A model generated the notes under the pieces. The model worked only from the letters and a program-made list of their open reading frames with translations. It had not been told where the DNA came from and searched no databases. This document shows positions 1 to 8,860 of a stretch of DNA of 11,212 bases, piece by piece. The translations under genes and the position numbers were made by a program. The stretch spans positions 1-11,212 of the forward strand of contig NW_021827086.1 of NCBI RefSeq assembly GCF_006345805.1, in the 5' to 3' direction. Every line of letters begins with the position of its first letter. The first letter of the stretch is position 1. Source of the stretch: Octopus sinensis (lineage: Eukaryota).

Positions 1-156
1 GTGTGGTAGATATATTTTCCTTTGCTTTCCTCCGTTGTACCCTCACCTCGCATTCCCGCAATACCGGATGATGAAACGGAAGCTAGCAGAAAAAATGTTG
101 GGGAAGGCAACGAAATACCGTCGGATACTGATACGTAAAATATCGATGCATTAAGC

Positions 157-212
157 ACACACATTACACACATTATACATCATATATACAGATTTATACA
201 TACATATATATA

Positions 213-264
<52 letters not shown>

Positions 265-425
265 TATATTTTATTACATACACATAAATATTTGCTTACG
301 CACATTCCCGTATATACACACACAATTTATACATACATACAATATTTGTACGTATAAACACATATACAATACAAACACACACATATGTATATACTACACA
401 AAATATATCCATACACATACATCCC

Positions 426-481
<56 letters not shown>

Positions 482-762
482 ATACACACATATATACACA
501 TACACAAACACATATATACACATACACACACATATATACACACACATATATACAGACACATATATATACACACACATATATACACACATATATATATACA
601 CACGCACACACATATATATATATATACATACACACACACAAACACTACACAAAATACATATATTCATACACTCACACGCTACATACACCCTATATATATA
701 TCTGTGTGTGTGTGTGTGTGTGTACATGCATACTTATACTCTCACATATACGCATGTATGTA
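157..762. repeat. Compound microsatellite region, (TA)n/(CA)n/(CT)n/(TG)n
   Basis: Directly visible dinucleotide runs, e.g. (TA)n at about 218-268, (CT)n then (TA)n at about 426-472, and mixed CA/TA to about 640. Confidence 0.95.
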
Positions 763-816
763 TTATGTTCATATATGGACGGATGAATGGATGAGCTGAT
801 AAATAGTTGATATAGT

Positions 817-1050
817 TTAGCCCCAGGTCTGCCTGGTCTCGGAAAGTCATAAGCATTTCAGACAATAAACATCCTGTTTTTTTTCTTGTTGTTTTTTCAT
901 TTCGTTTTCTTTCTTTTTTTTCTTTTTAATCGTAGTGTATATCGAGGCTTCGTTGTTCAGTCTGCTTTAAAGGCGGCGACCGTGAAATTCAAGAGAGGTT
1001 TGGTTTCTATATCTAGCACAACGTGCGACCACACCGGAGGTGCAGTCTCG
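817..1050 (-). mobile_element. Possible highly degenerate interspersed repeat related to the element around the 114-bp array (9685-10480)
   Basis: By-eye patchy similarity. tttagccccaggtc (817) resembles the reverse complement of gaccagggactaaa (about 10421-10434). ggtttggtttctatatctagca..cg.gcga (about 997-1030) resembles the reverse complement of the array unit core. Not formally aligned. Confidence 0.3.
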
Positions 1051-1169
1051 TTGGTTAGTTTATGTAGGTCGTCTGTCGGATAGGTGGCAGGAAGATAGCA
1101 GACATCTGTTCACATGGAAATATTATGAACGAAAAAAATGTGTACACTTGCGTAACACCTCCACAAAAG

Positions 1170-1201
1170 TCTGTCTCTCTCTGTCTCTGTCTGTCTCTCT
1201 G

Positions 1202-1237
<36 letters not shown>
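1170..1237. repeat. (CT/CTGT)n-(TA)n microsatellite
   Basis: Directly visible. Confidence 0.95.
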
Positions 1238-1238
<1 letters not shown>

Positions 1239-1564
1239 TCTTTTACTTGTTTCAGTCATCTGACTGCGGCCATGCTGGAGCAGTGTCTTTTGTCCGAAGA
1301 AAGCCGATATCAGGACTTATTCTTTGTAAACCTAGTACTTATTCTATCGGTCTCTTTCGCCGAACTGCTAAGTTACAAAGACATAAACACCACACCCACC
1401 CACACACACACACATATATATACATATGCATATATTCGGCGGGTTTCTTTCAGTTTCCGTCTACCAAATCCACTCACAAGGCCTTGGTCGACTCGAGGCT
1501 ATAGCAGAAGACACCCGACCAAGGTGTCACGAAGTGGGGACTGGACCCGGAACCATGTGGTTCG
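1238..1564 (-). mobile_element. tRNA-derived CORE-like SINE, near full length, missing about 40 nt of the head
   Basis: Reverse complement aligns colinearly with the 10508-11000 copy: tail (ttttacttgtttcagtcat), body (gacttattctttgtaaacctagtacttattctatcggtc), internal microsatellite (about 1388-1434), and head up to ggaaccatgtggttcg. Confidence 0.9.
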
Positions 1565-1679
1565 GCAACAGAGAACGATAGAATATCCTGGGGTCGATGC
1601 ATTCGACTAAAATCCCCTAAGGCGGTGGCCCAGCATGGGCGCAGTCTAATGACTGATACAAGTCAAAGGATAAAAGGAT
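1559..1679 (+). mobile_element. 3' tail fragment of the same SINE family in the opposite orientation
   Basis: ggttcggcaacagagaacgatagaata...ggggtcgat..tcgactaaa..ggcggtg..cagcatg..cagtc..atgactga.acaagt matches 10863-10985. It has a small internal deletion between gaata repeats and ends in an aaaggat-type tail. Confidence 0.85.
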
Positions 1680-2105
1680 CAGCTGACAAATGCCGAATCT
1701 GGAGATGACAGAACAGGAAATAAGAGACGATACTGAACTAACCCAATTATTTTCTTATTTCTTACAGATATATGGTAATTGCGAAGCTGTTTCCTAAGTG
1801 GATATTTTCTGAACAAATAACGGTATCTTATCAATTGGATATCAGCATAACGTGACCTTTAGCTTACTGATAGAACCGTTTATTGTGCAAGGTGAATGAA
1901 GTCTGATTTTCAATTCGTTACACATAAAACATATTTTTCTCGCCTACGTCCAACAAAATATACATATATATAAATATATATATATGTGGTGTGTGTGTAT
2001 TAATAGTAATGGTAAGACAACATAAGAATGAAAGAGACTTCGATATTATGTAAATAGAGGAATTTATGTGTAATATATAATATGTGATAATTATTCGGTT
2101 GCCAT

Positions 2106-2166
2106 AATAAAACTCCGAGTTTCGGATGTCGGGGCGGAAACCTGCACCGGCATCTCTTCAGTTATC
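2106..2166 (-). ncRNA. Minimal type I hammerhead ribozyme motif (Penelope-like-element type)
   Basis: The minus strand reads GAUAA-CUGAAGA-GAUGCCGG-(14 nt)-CCGACAUCC-GAAA-CU-CGG-AG-U-U-UUAUU. It has the core CUGAnGA (2161-2155) and GAAA (2123-2120), a 5-bp stem I, a stem II of about 7 bp with one bulge and one mismatch, a 3-bp near-palindromic stem III, and a GUU cleavage triplet (2113-2111). Confidence 0.6.
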
Positions 2167-2225
2167 GAGGCAACCAAAATATGCATATTTTGATTACCTC
2201 GATAACTGAAGAGATGCCGGTGCAG
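2142..2225. repeat. 84-bp spacerless palindrome (42-bp arms, 2 mismatches)
   Basis: ctgcaccggcatctcttcagttatcgaggcaaccaaaatatg|catattttgattacctcgataactgaagagatgccggtgcag; the centre lies between 2183 and 2184. Confidence 0.97.
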
Positions 2226-2867
2226 ATTTTTATATATATATATAAATTAAATATAAATTACAAAATGGGACAAGAACGCAAAAACACACAAAGAGACGAC
2301 ACAAAAAAAAACAGACGGGTCATTCGAAGCCTCTAATCTTCAGTCGGGAACCGGATCATCATTTCGGCTGATTAATCCAGATATATATATATATACACCG
2401 TTGCTATTATGCAAAAGTATCGTGAGTCCAAAGCGTTGCTTTTTCAGAAGGCGCAAAAATAGTTCCACCATTCCATAGCAAAACCATTGAACTACACTTT
2501 GACAATTTTCGATATCTTGGCATCTGAAGCAGCTGGAGATACGATAGTTTGGCCAAAAGAACCGGCTATTGTATGAAAAAAAATACATATTGAAAAAATA
2601 CGCATTTGGCCAAATTTGGACATACGACAGTTTAACATAATAGCAATATACGAAAAAGAGAGCTATATATTTCTGATTCTGGATGCAAATGCATTGCAAA
2701 AATGGAAATTTACTCCGGTTTTCGCTCGGAGATAGTGTCTTTTATGGAGGTGAGGTGCTGTTTATTAAAAATACAAACTGCTTCTGAAAAAGTGTGTACG
2801 CTCGAGCACGCACGCACACGCATTTGTGTTGTTGATTCAAAAACCCCAAAATTTTAAAAACGAATGT

Positions 2868-3254
2868 TGGGAAGCATTCCGTCGGTTACGACGATGAGGG
2901 TCCCGGTTGATCCGAATCAACGGAACAGCCTTCTTGTGAAATTAACGTGTAAGTGGCTGAGCACTCCACAGACACGAGTACCCTTAACGTAGTTCTCGGG
3001 GATATTCAGCGTGACACAGAGAGTGACAAGGCCGGCCCTTTGAAATACAGGTACAACAGAAACAGGAAGTAAGAGTGAGAGAAAGTTGTGGTGAAAGAGT
3101 ACAGCAGGGATCACCACCACCCACTGCCGGAGCCTCGTGGAGCTTTAAGTGTTTTCGCTCAATAAACACTCACAACACCTGGTCTGGGAATCGAAACCGC
3201 GTTCCCATGACCGCGAGTCCGCTGCCCTAACCACTGGGCCATTGCGCCTCCACC
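2868..3254 (-). mobile_element. tRNA-derived SINE (tRNA-Arg-like head) with 12-bp target-site duplication
   Basis: The minus strand starts gtggaggcgcaatggcccagtggttaggg (A box) and has ggtttcgattcc (B box). It is flanked by aaaaacgaatgt (2856-2867) and aaaatcgaatgt (3255-3266), 11/12 identical. The head is homologous to 6863-6984. Confidence 0.88.
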
Positions 3255-3870
3255 AAAATCGAATGTATTTATGAGATAACCAGATAACCAATAAATCCCT
3301 ACAGTTGGCAATAATATTATCAGGAAAAAATACAACAGCGTATTGTTTATGCTAATAAGAGAGAGGGGGGAGAAAGAAAGAAAGGTGGAGAGATGGGGAG
3401 AAGAGACGTCACCGAAACTGCCTTTATTTAAAACCGTAATCCTAATGTACTAAATATAAAGTTTAATCTGCACTGAAATCCTAATCCGGCCATACTTAAT
3501 TTTATTTAAAATTGATTTTTTTTTCTCTCTCTCTCTCTCCCTCCGTACACATTTGTAGATGTGTATGTATTTGCGTGCATATTGCCTTTATGTATTTGCT
3601 TATGAGTACATGTGTGTATGCGTATATATATATATATGTATATATAAAACACATGTACACATACGTACAATAAATATATTGGCGAACATCACATCGAGCT
3701 TATTACTGCCGTAAAATTATATCCGGTTTTCAAACTTCACACCCTGTATTCGTCAGAAAGAAAAAAAAAAGAAGAAAACAAAAACCTAAAAAAACTATTC
3801 GTTTTCCCGCTAAGTCGATCGCGTCTTCAAGTAAACGGACATGAACACTTCACAGCAACAACTAGTTCAA

Positions 3871-4014
3871 TATATATATATATGTATATATATTATATAT
3901 ATACATACATACATATATACTATATGTATACGTATATATATATATACATATTACTATATATATATATGTATACATACATATGTATATAATACATACATAC
4001 CTACATACATACCA

Positions 4015-4046
<32 letters not shown>

Positions 4047-4165
4047 TAATATATATACATATGTGTGTGTATATATATATTTCTTCCCTTCTTCCTGAGC
4101 GTCCAATAATACTTTATTTGTTCCACATCCTCGCGTTGTTGTCTTTTGTTTTCTTGTTTGGATTA

Positions 4166-4241
<76 letters not shown>

Positions 4242-4352
4242 CATACATACATATACATATATACCATATATATGTGTGTGTATATAGATATATAGATACA
4301 CACACACACACACACACATACATACACGCACACACAAACACACACACATATA
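3871..4352. repeat. Two compound (TA)n/(TACA)n/(CA)n microsatellite blocks (about 3871-4080 and 4170-4352)
   Basis: Directly visible. Confidence 0.95.
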
Positions 4353-5723
4353 TCGCTGCTGTCATTAGTTGACTTTCCGTCCAGATTGAGTTTAGTTTTC
4401 GTATCCACTTCAAGTCAATAAAACAGGTATTGGTATTATACGAGAATCAGTTATTATTATCGATCTCTCTCACACACATACACACCTCTGTCTCTCCTAA
4501 TACAAAATTACTGCGGGTCTAGTCAAAATACATCGATAACGAAGCCATTATATCTAGGACAGTTGAATCAACGCACCGAATAGCCTAGAATTGATGTCGT
4601 AGAGCCGACTTTACAAATCTTTAAAATCCGTACAGAAAAGGAAACAAAATGACTAGCATTACATCTCTTACCAATGTACACGTTTAAATTAGTATTTTTA
4701 ACTCATTTTATTATCTTTAAAATAACACAAATTCGTTTATATTATATTAAACATCAAAAGCCGAGCTATAACAGTTGGTGATATTTACATTTTTCTCACG
4801 AACTGTAAGCAAAAGACCCAGGCTGGTTACGTGTTCCTCGTCAGGTTTTTTAAACTCTTTTTGTCTATATAAAAAAATATTTCCCTACGATCTATTTTCG
4901 ATAGAGACAGAAACACAAAAGACACAATGTGCGTAGTTAAGATGGAACGGCGGAAAAAAATCTCACATTTCTCGTAAAACTTTACAGCAATTTCTCCCTT
5001 CCTAAATACCACACACAAAGAGGGAAGACAAAACGGCAACAGACACACACAACAGCAGCAGGATACGTGTGCGTCTGTGTGTTACATGTTCCCATGCTTT
5101 CTCATTCAACGGGTTAAAAAACGAAATGGTGTTTTGTAACTTGCTAATGAACACGATCCACTGGTGTCTAATAATAAAAAAGAGGAGAAAAAAAAACCAG
5201 TTGAAGTTCAAACGTCTGCTTATAACTGTTGACGTGGCATACGCCAGATATTTAATATTGCAAAACAGTTTAGCGTTAAACGTTGTTTGAGAAACCTTTA
5301 CTTTCGCTGTAGAGTAACAAATCCCTCATCGCTCTGTAGAAATGATTACCCCAAGCTCCACCCGACTCGTTCCATCACCACTGCTGCTGTTGTTATTGCT
5401 GTTGCTGTGGTTATTTCTGTTTTTAAGTCCCGTAATTAAAAATATAGGCTTATATCAGCTTATGTCTGTAAATGGCTCCAAGACATGTGATTTAATTCGT
5501 AAAACGACGAAACACAGAAAAACACTTTAAAAAATTCATTAGCTTATATCTTATCTATTTCAATAAATTGGTTTCTACATATTTTTCACACGTATTTTAT
5601 TCGAATATCCACTTCAGTATCGGCTTTTAGATGTTTTAAAAAGAAATTTATGCTCTGAGATCGACGTAAATTTGGATAAATTGGTTTGAAAATGAGGTTC
5701 ATTTTTTTTTTCCATAATTTCTT

Positions 5724-5943
5724 TGCATGGCAACTTGGGCAGCTGTCTTCTACTCTAGCTTCGGAGTAAATTTGTGAGTGAATTTGATGGTCGGAAACTG
5801 AAAGAAGCCCGCCGCATATGTGTGTGTGTGTGTGTGTAAGTGTGTCTCATTATCACTTGGCAACCGTGTTGGTGTGTCTACCTCCCCGTAACTTAGCGGT
5901 TCAGCAAAAACTAACGATACAATAAGTATCAGGCTTTACAAAA
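5724..5943 (+). mobile_element. CORE-like SINE, truncated at both ends, diverged copy
   Basis: gcaacttgggcagctgtcttctactctagc...ggaaactgaaagaagcccg-(TG)n-...cccgtaacttagcggttcagcaaaa...aataagtatcaggctttacaaa is colinear with the 10508 copy. Confidence 0.85.
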
Positions 5944-5945
5944 GT

Positions 5946-6115
5946 GTATATATATATATATACACACACACACACAATATATATATATATATACGCATAC
6001 ACACACAATATATATACACATACACACACACACATATATATATACACACACACATATATATACACACATACACACACACACATATATATATATATACCAT
6101 ACCACACATATATAC

Positions 6116-6189
<74 letters not shown>

Positions 6190-6266
6190 ACATATATAAA
6201 TACATACATACATATTTTAATATATATATAAATACATACATATTTTATATATATATATATAATATA
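5946..6266. repeat. Compound (TA)n/(CA)n microsatellite
   Basis: Directly visible. Confidence 0.95.
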
Positions 6267-6862
6267 CGGATGTATCAGGATGAAGAAAACAAGAATAAGT
6301 TCCATAAGCGATTTATATAACGGTGGTGTAGAAGGGTGGGGGGGGGGAATGGACCCATCCCAGGCCCTTTTAAGCTTTATCCTACATAATATCTTCGACA
6401 GGTCATGTACCTAACTTCCAGCTCCTTCATAATGACTTCCTCGTCCCCCAGAGATTGGTTAAAAATACAAAACGACTTGAAAGAACTCGGAAAATAAAAA
6501 TAATCAACAGAACCCAGTCTTCGGCGATCCAACAATGCTGCTGCTGCTGCTGCATCAGTTAGTCACAGATATTTTTTTTTTTTTTCTGTTCCCCACGAAG
6601 CCGATTCTTTCAGTAATTATTGTATCAAATTCTTTGAGAATTTAACTTAAAATGAACTAAGAACTGCTTAGTTGATTTCCCATCTGATTTCCCCACAATG
6701 GCACAAATACAGGACTGGGAAGTTACTCCAGTGACCCTGCAGAGAGGAAAGGTTAAAATTATCCAGGCGGAATTAGATCTTGCAGAGCAATGGAAACTAA
6801 ATACTGCAAACCATTTGCTGTACCGTATCTATTATTCTTTGGTCTTTGGCACTGTTAGGAAT

Positions 6863-7112
6863 GTGGAGGCACGTGGCCTAGTGGTTAGAGCAGCGGACCT
6901 CGCAGTCAAGGGATCGCGGGTTCGAATCTCAGACCGGGCGATGTGTGTGTTTACAAGCGAAACACCTAAGCTCCACGCGCCTCCTCCTGGATCTTGCAGC
7001 TCACCAGCGACGGACCGGCGTCCCGTCCAGGCGGGGAACCTATACACCAAGGAAACCGGGAAACCGGCCCTAATGAGCCAGGCATGGCTCGAGAAGGAAC
7101 AAACAAAAAACA
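6863..7112 (+). mobile_element. tRNA-derived SINE (tRNA-Arg-like head) with perfect 12-bp TSD
   Basis: A box TGGCCTAGTGG (6874-6884), B box GGTTCGAATCT (6919-6929), TCG at the anticodon-loop position (6900-6902), and an A/C-rich tail. TSD actgttaggaat at 6851-6862 and 7113-7124. Confidence 0.92.
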
Positions 7113-7124
7113 ACTGTTAGGAAT

Positions 7125-7265
7125 ACTGAACAAAATGGCTAGCGGCATTTCGTCCGTCTTTACGTTCTGAGTTCAAATGTCGCCCAGGTCGACTTTGCCT
7201 TTCATCGTATCGGTATCGATAAAATAAGTAACATTAGAGCACGAGGATCGATCTAATCGACTTAA
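7125..7265 (+). mobile_element. Third SINE-like family, copy 1 (head interrupted by the 6863-7112 insertion)
   Basis: ttcaaa..cgcc.aggtcgactttgcctttcatc..tcg..tcgataaaataagt...tcgat.taatcgact recurs at 7335-7468 (+) and 7538-7663 (-). Confidence 0.75.
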
Positions 7266-7334
7266 CTCCTCACTTATGAATTTGCTCGCCCTATACCAAA
7301 ATTTGAAATAAATATTTTTAAAAATTTTATTAAC

Positions 7335-7468
7335 GCGGTGAGCAGACAGAATTGTTAACAAACTAGGAAAATGCTTAGAATTCAAATTCCGCCGAGGTCA
7401 ATTTTGTTTCTCATCCTTTCGATGTCGATAAAATAAATGCCACTTGTAATCGACTAATCCTTTCCCCC
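7335..7468 (+). mobile_element. Third SINE-like family, copy 2 (internally deleted)
   Basis: aaaatgcttag..ttcaaattccgccgaggtcaattttgtttctcatcctttcgatgtcgataaaataa...gtaatcgact matches copy 1. Confidence 0.7.
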
Positions 7469-7537
7469 CATAAATAAACTGTCAAGAGTAGAAAGAACTA
7501 TCATGTTTATAGGCTGATAAATCCAAATAAATCCAAA

Positions 7538-7662
7538 AATCTTTTCTACTCTAAGTACAAGGCCAGAAATTGTTGGGGAGGGGGCTAGTCGATTAGATCG
7601 ACCCTAGTACGCAACTGGAACTTGATTTATCGATCACGAAAGGATGAAAGGAAAAGTCGACC

Positions 7663-7663
<1 letters not shown>
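7538..7663 (-). mobile_element. Third SINE-like family, copy 3 (3' part, inverted)
   Basis: The reverse complement of 7587-7663 is 62/77 identical, ungapped, to 7186-7262 (counted by hand). Confidence 0.8.
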
Positions 7664-7695
<32 letters not shown>

Positions 7696-7850
7696 TTGTG
7701 TATGTATACGACGGGGTTCAATCAGTTTCCATCTACCAAATCCACTCACAAGGTTTTGGTCGGCCCGAAAAAACTTGCCCAAGGTGCTACACAGTGGGAC
7801 TGAACCCGGAACCATGTGGTTGGGAAGCAAGCTTCTTACCACACAGCCAT
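7664..7850 (-). mobile_element. CORE-like SINE, 5' half, ending in its internal microsatellite
   Basis: acgacgggg..cagtttccatctaccaaatccactcacaagg...cttgcccaaggtgc.acacagtgggactgaacccggaaccatgtggttgggaagcaagcttcttaccacacagcca is the reverse complement of the 10508 head. Confidence 0.88.
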
Positions 7851-8111
7851 GTGTATTGTAGAAGCATAAACAATTTACAGCACAAATTTCAACTGCGAAC
7901 TCTGAACATGGATCCCGCCGAAGGTCATAAGGGCCCTGGTTCCCCCATTACAGAAGTTTGTCTTCTAAGATCTTACTTACATTAGTCAACTTTTTACTTT
8001 TAGTCATTACTCGTAAGTCATCTCAAGGTAACACGACGAACACGATAAGAATGACCTCGAAAACAGGAAAAGCAATATTCTCAGTTAAAAAAAGAAATTA
8101 AGTCGTAATAT

Positions 8112-8162
8112 ATGTGCGTGCGTATGTGTGTGTGTGTGTGTGTGGTGTGTGTGTGTGTGTGT
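8112..8162. repeat. (TG)n microsatellite
   Basis: Directly visible. Confidence 0.95.
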
Positions 8163-8373
8163 GAAAAAGATAAAAAAAGAAAGAAAGAGAGCCGACCAAT
8201 TCGAATGTATTCATATTACGCAAATAGTCTCCGGCTCAGAGACTTTTGCATAATTAGATATTGCATCATAAGGGCGAAAAGTGCGCAGCTCATAACGAAT
8301 GAATTCACACACACACACACACGTATACAAAAAACATAGATCTCGCGTTCAATTTAGTGTGTTATATATGATA

Positions 8374-8860
8374 CTAGCAGTATCGCCCGGCGTTGCTCGG
8401 GTTTGTAAGGGAAATAACTATATAAGCATTTTTAGAGAGTTATTGCAAAAAAATGCATCAAAAATGGGGGGAAAATGATGGTAAATTTTTTTTTAAATCG
8501 TTGACTCATCGTAGACATTTTTAGAGAGTTACTTCCCTTATATAATAGCGAAAAAATGCATCAAATGGAAAAAATGATGGTAAATTTTTTTTTAAATCGT
8601 TGACTCATCGTAGACATTTTTAGAGAGTTACTTCCCTTATATAATAGCGAAAAAATGCATCAAAATGGAAAAAAAATGATGGTAAATTATTTTAAAAATC
8701 GTAGACTCATCGTAGACGCGCGCTAATACCCAGAAAGGCTCGATATGAATCACGACTATAAGATACCCGGGTTTGGTTAAACTGCACCGCAAAATGTGGG
8801 AGTAGTTAGGAATCTAAATCGTAGGAGACAGACACACAACTTCACTTTTATATATAAAGA
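8374..8860 (-). mobile_element. Non-autonomous Helitron, copy 1 (487 bp)
   Basis: The minus strand begins TC (8860) and ends CTAG (8377-8374), followed by T. The GC-rich hairpin CCCGAGCAACGCCGGG (8401-8386) lies 8 nt before CTAG. No TSD or TIR. It contains three internal tandem units of 89-102 bp. Confidence 0.88.

Noticed and set aside
296-786. Overlapping 67-143 aa ORFs rich in Y/I/C/V/H/T (also at 3841-4413, 5901-6213 and 10550-10856)
   Set aside because: These are translations of dinucleotide microsatellites, which lack stop codons in several frames; there is no coding signal.
1040-1610. ORFs of 154 and 161 aa, and similar ORFs at 2917-3169, 6832-7148, 7622-7985 and 10239-11041
   Set aside because: They run through SINE and microsatellite sequence, and the same pseudo-peptides (e.g. 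STKSTHKAL) recur at each SINE copy.
1238-1679. Twin-priming (5' inversion) explanation for the inverted SINE junction
   Set aside because: The inverted part carries its own complete tail, and the two tails differ, which does not fit a single twin-primed insertion.
2340-2699. 119-aa minus ORF and an 11-bp inverted repeat ttgctattatg (2401-2411 / 2636-2646) as a possible MITE
   Set aside because: There is no recognisable domain, the inverted repeat is short and AT-rich, and no TSD is evident.
3711-3756. Minus-strand CUGACGA...GAAG/GAAA hammerhead-like motif
   Set aside because: No consistent stems I-III could be built around the core.
4353-5720. Largely repeat-free stretch as a candidate promoter, UTR or enhancer
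   Set aside because: Absence of recognisable repeats is the only evidence; no motif or exon can be supported from sequence alone.
6698-6862. Non-repeat N-terminal part of the 140-aa ORF as a possible exon
   Set aside because: There is no recognisable homology or splice donor; the ORF length comes from SINE read-through, and it would stop a few codons after the empty site.
6863-6935. Functional tRNA-Arg gene
   Set aside because: The anticodon loop is irregular and there is no proper acceptor stem. It continues into a SINE body and tail bounded by a TSD.
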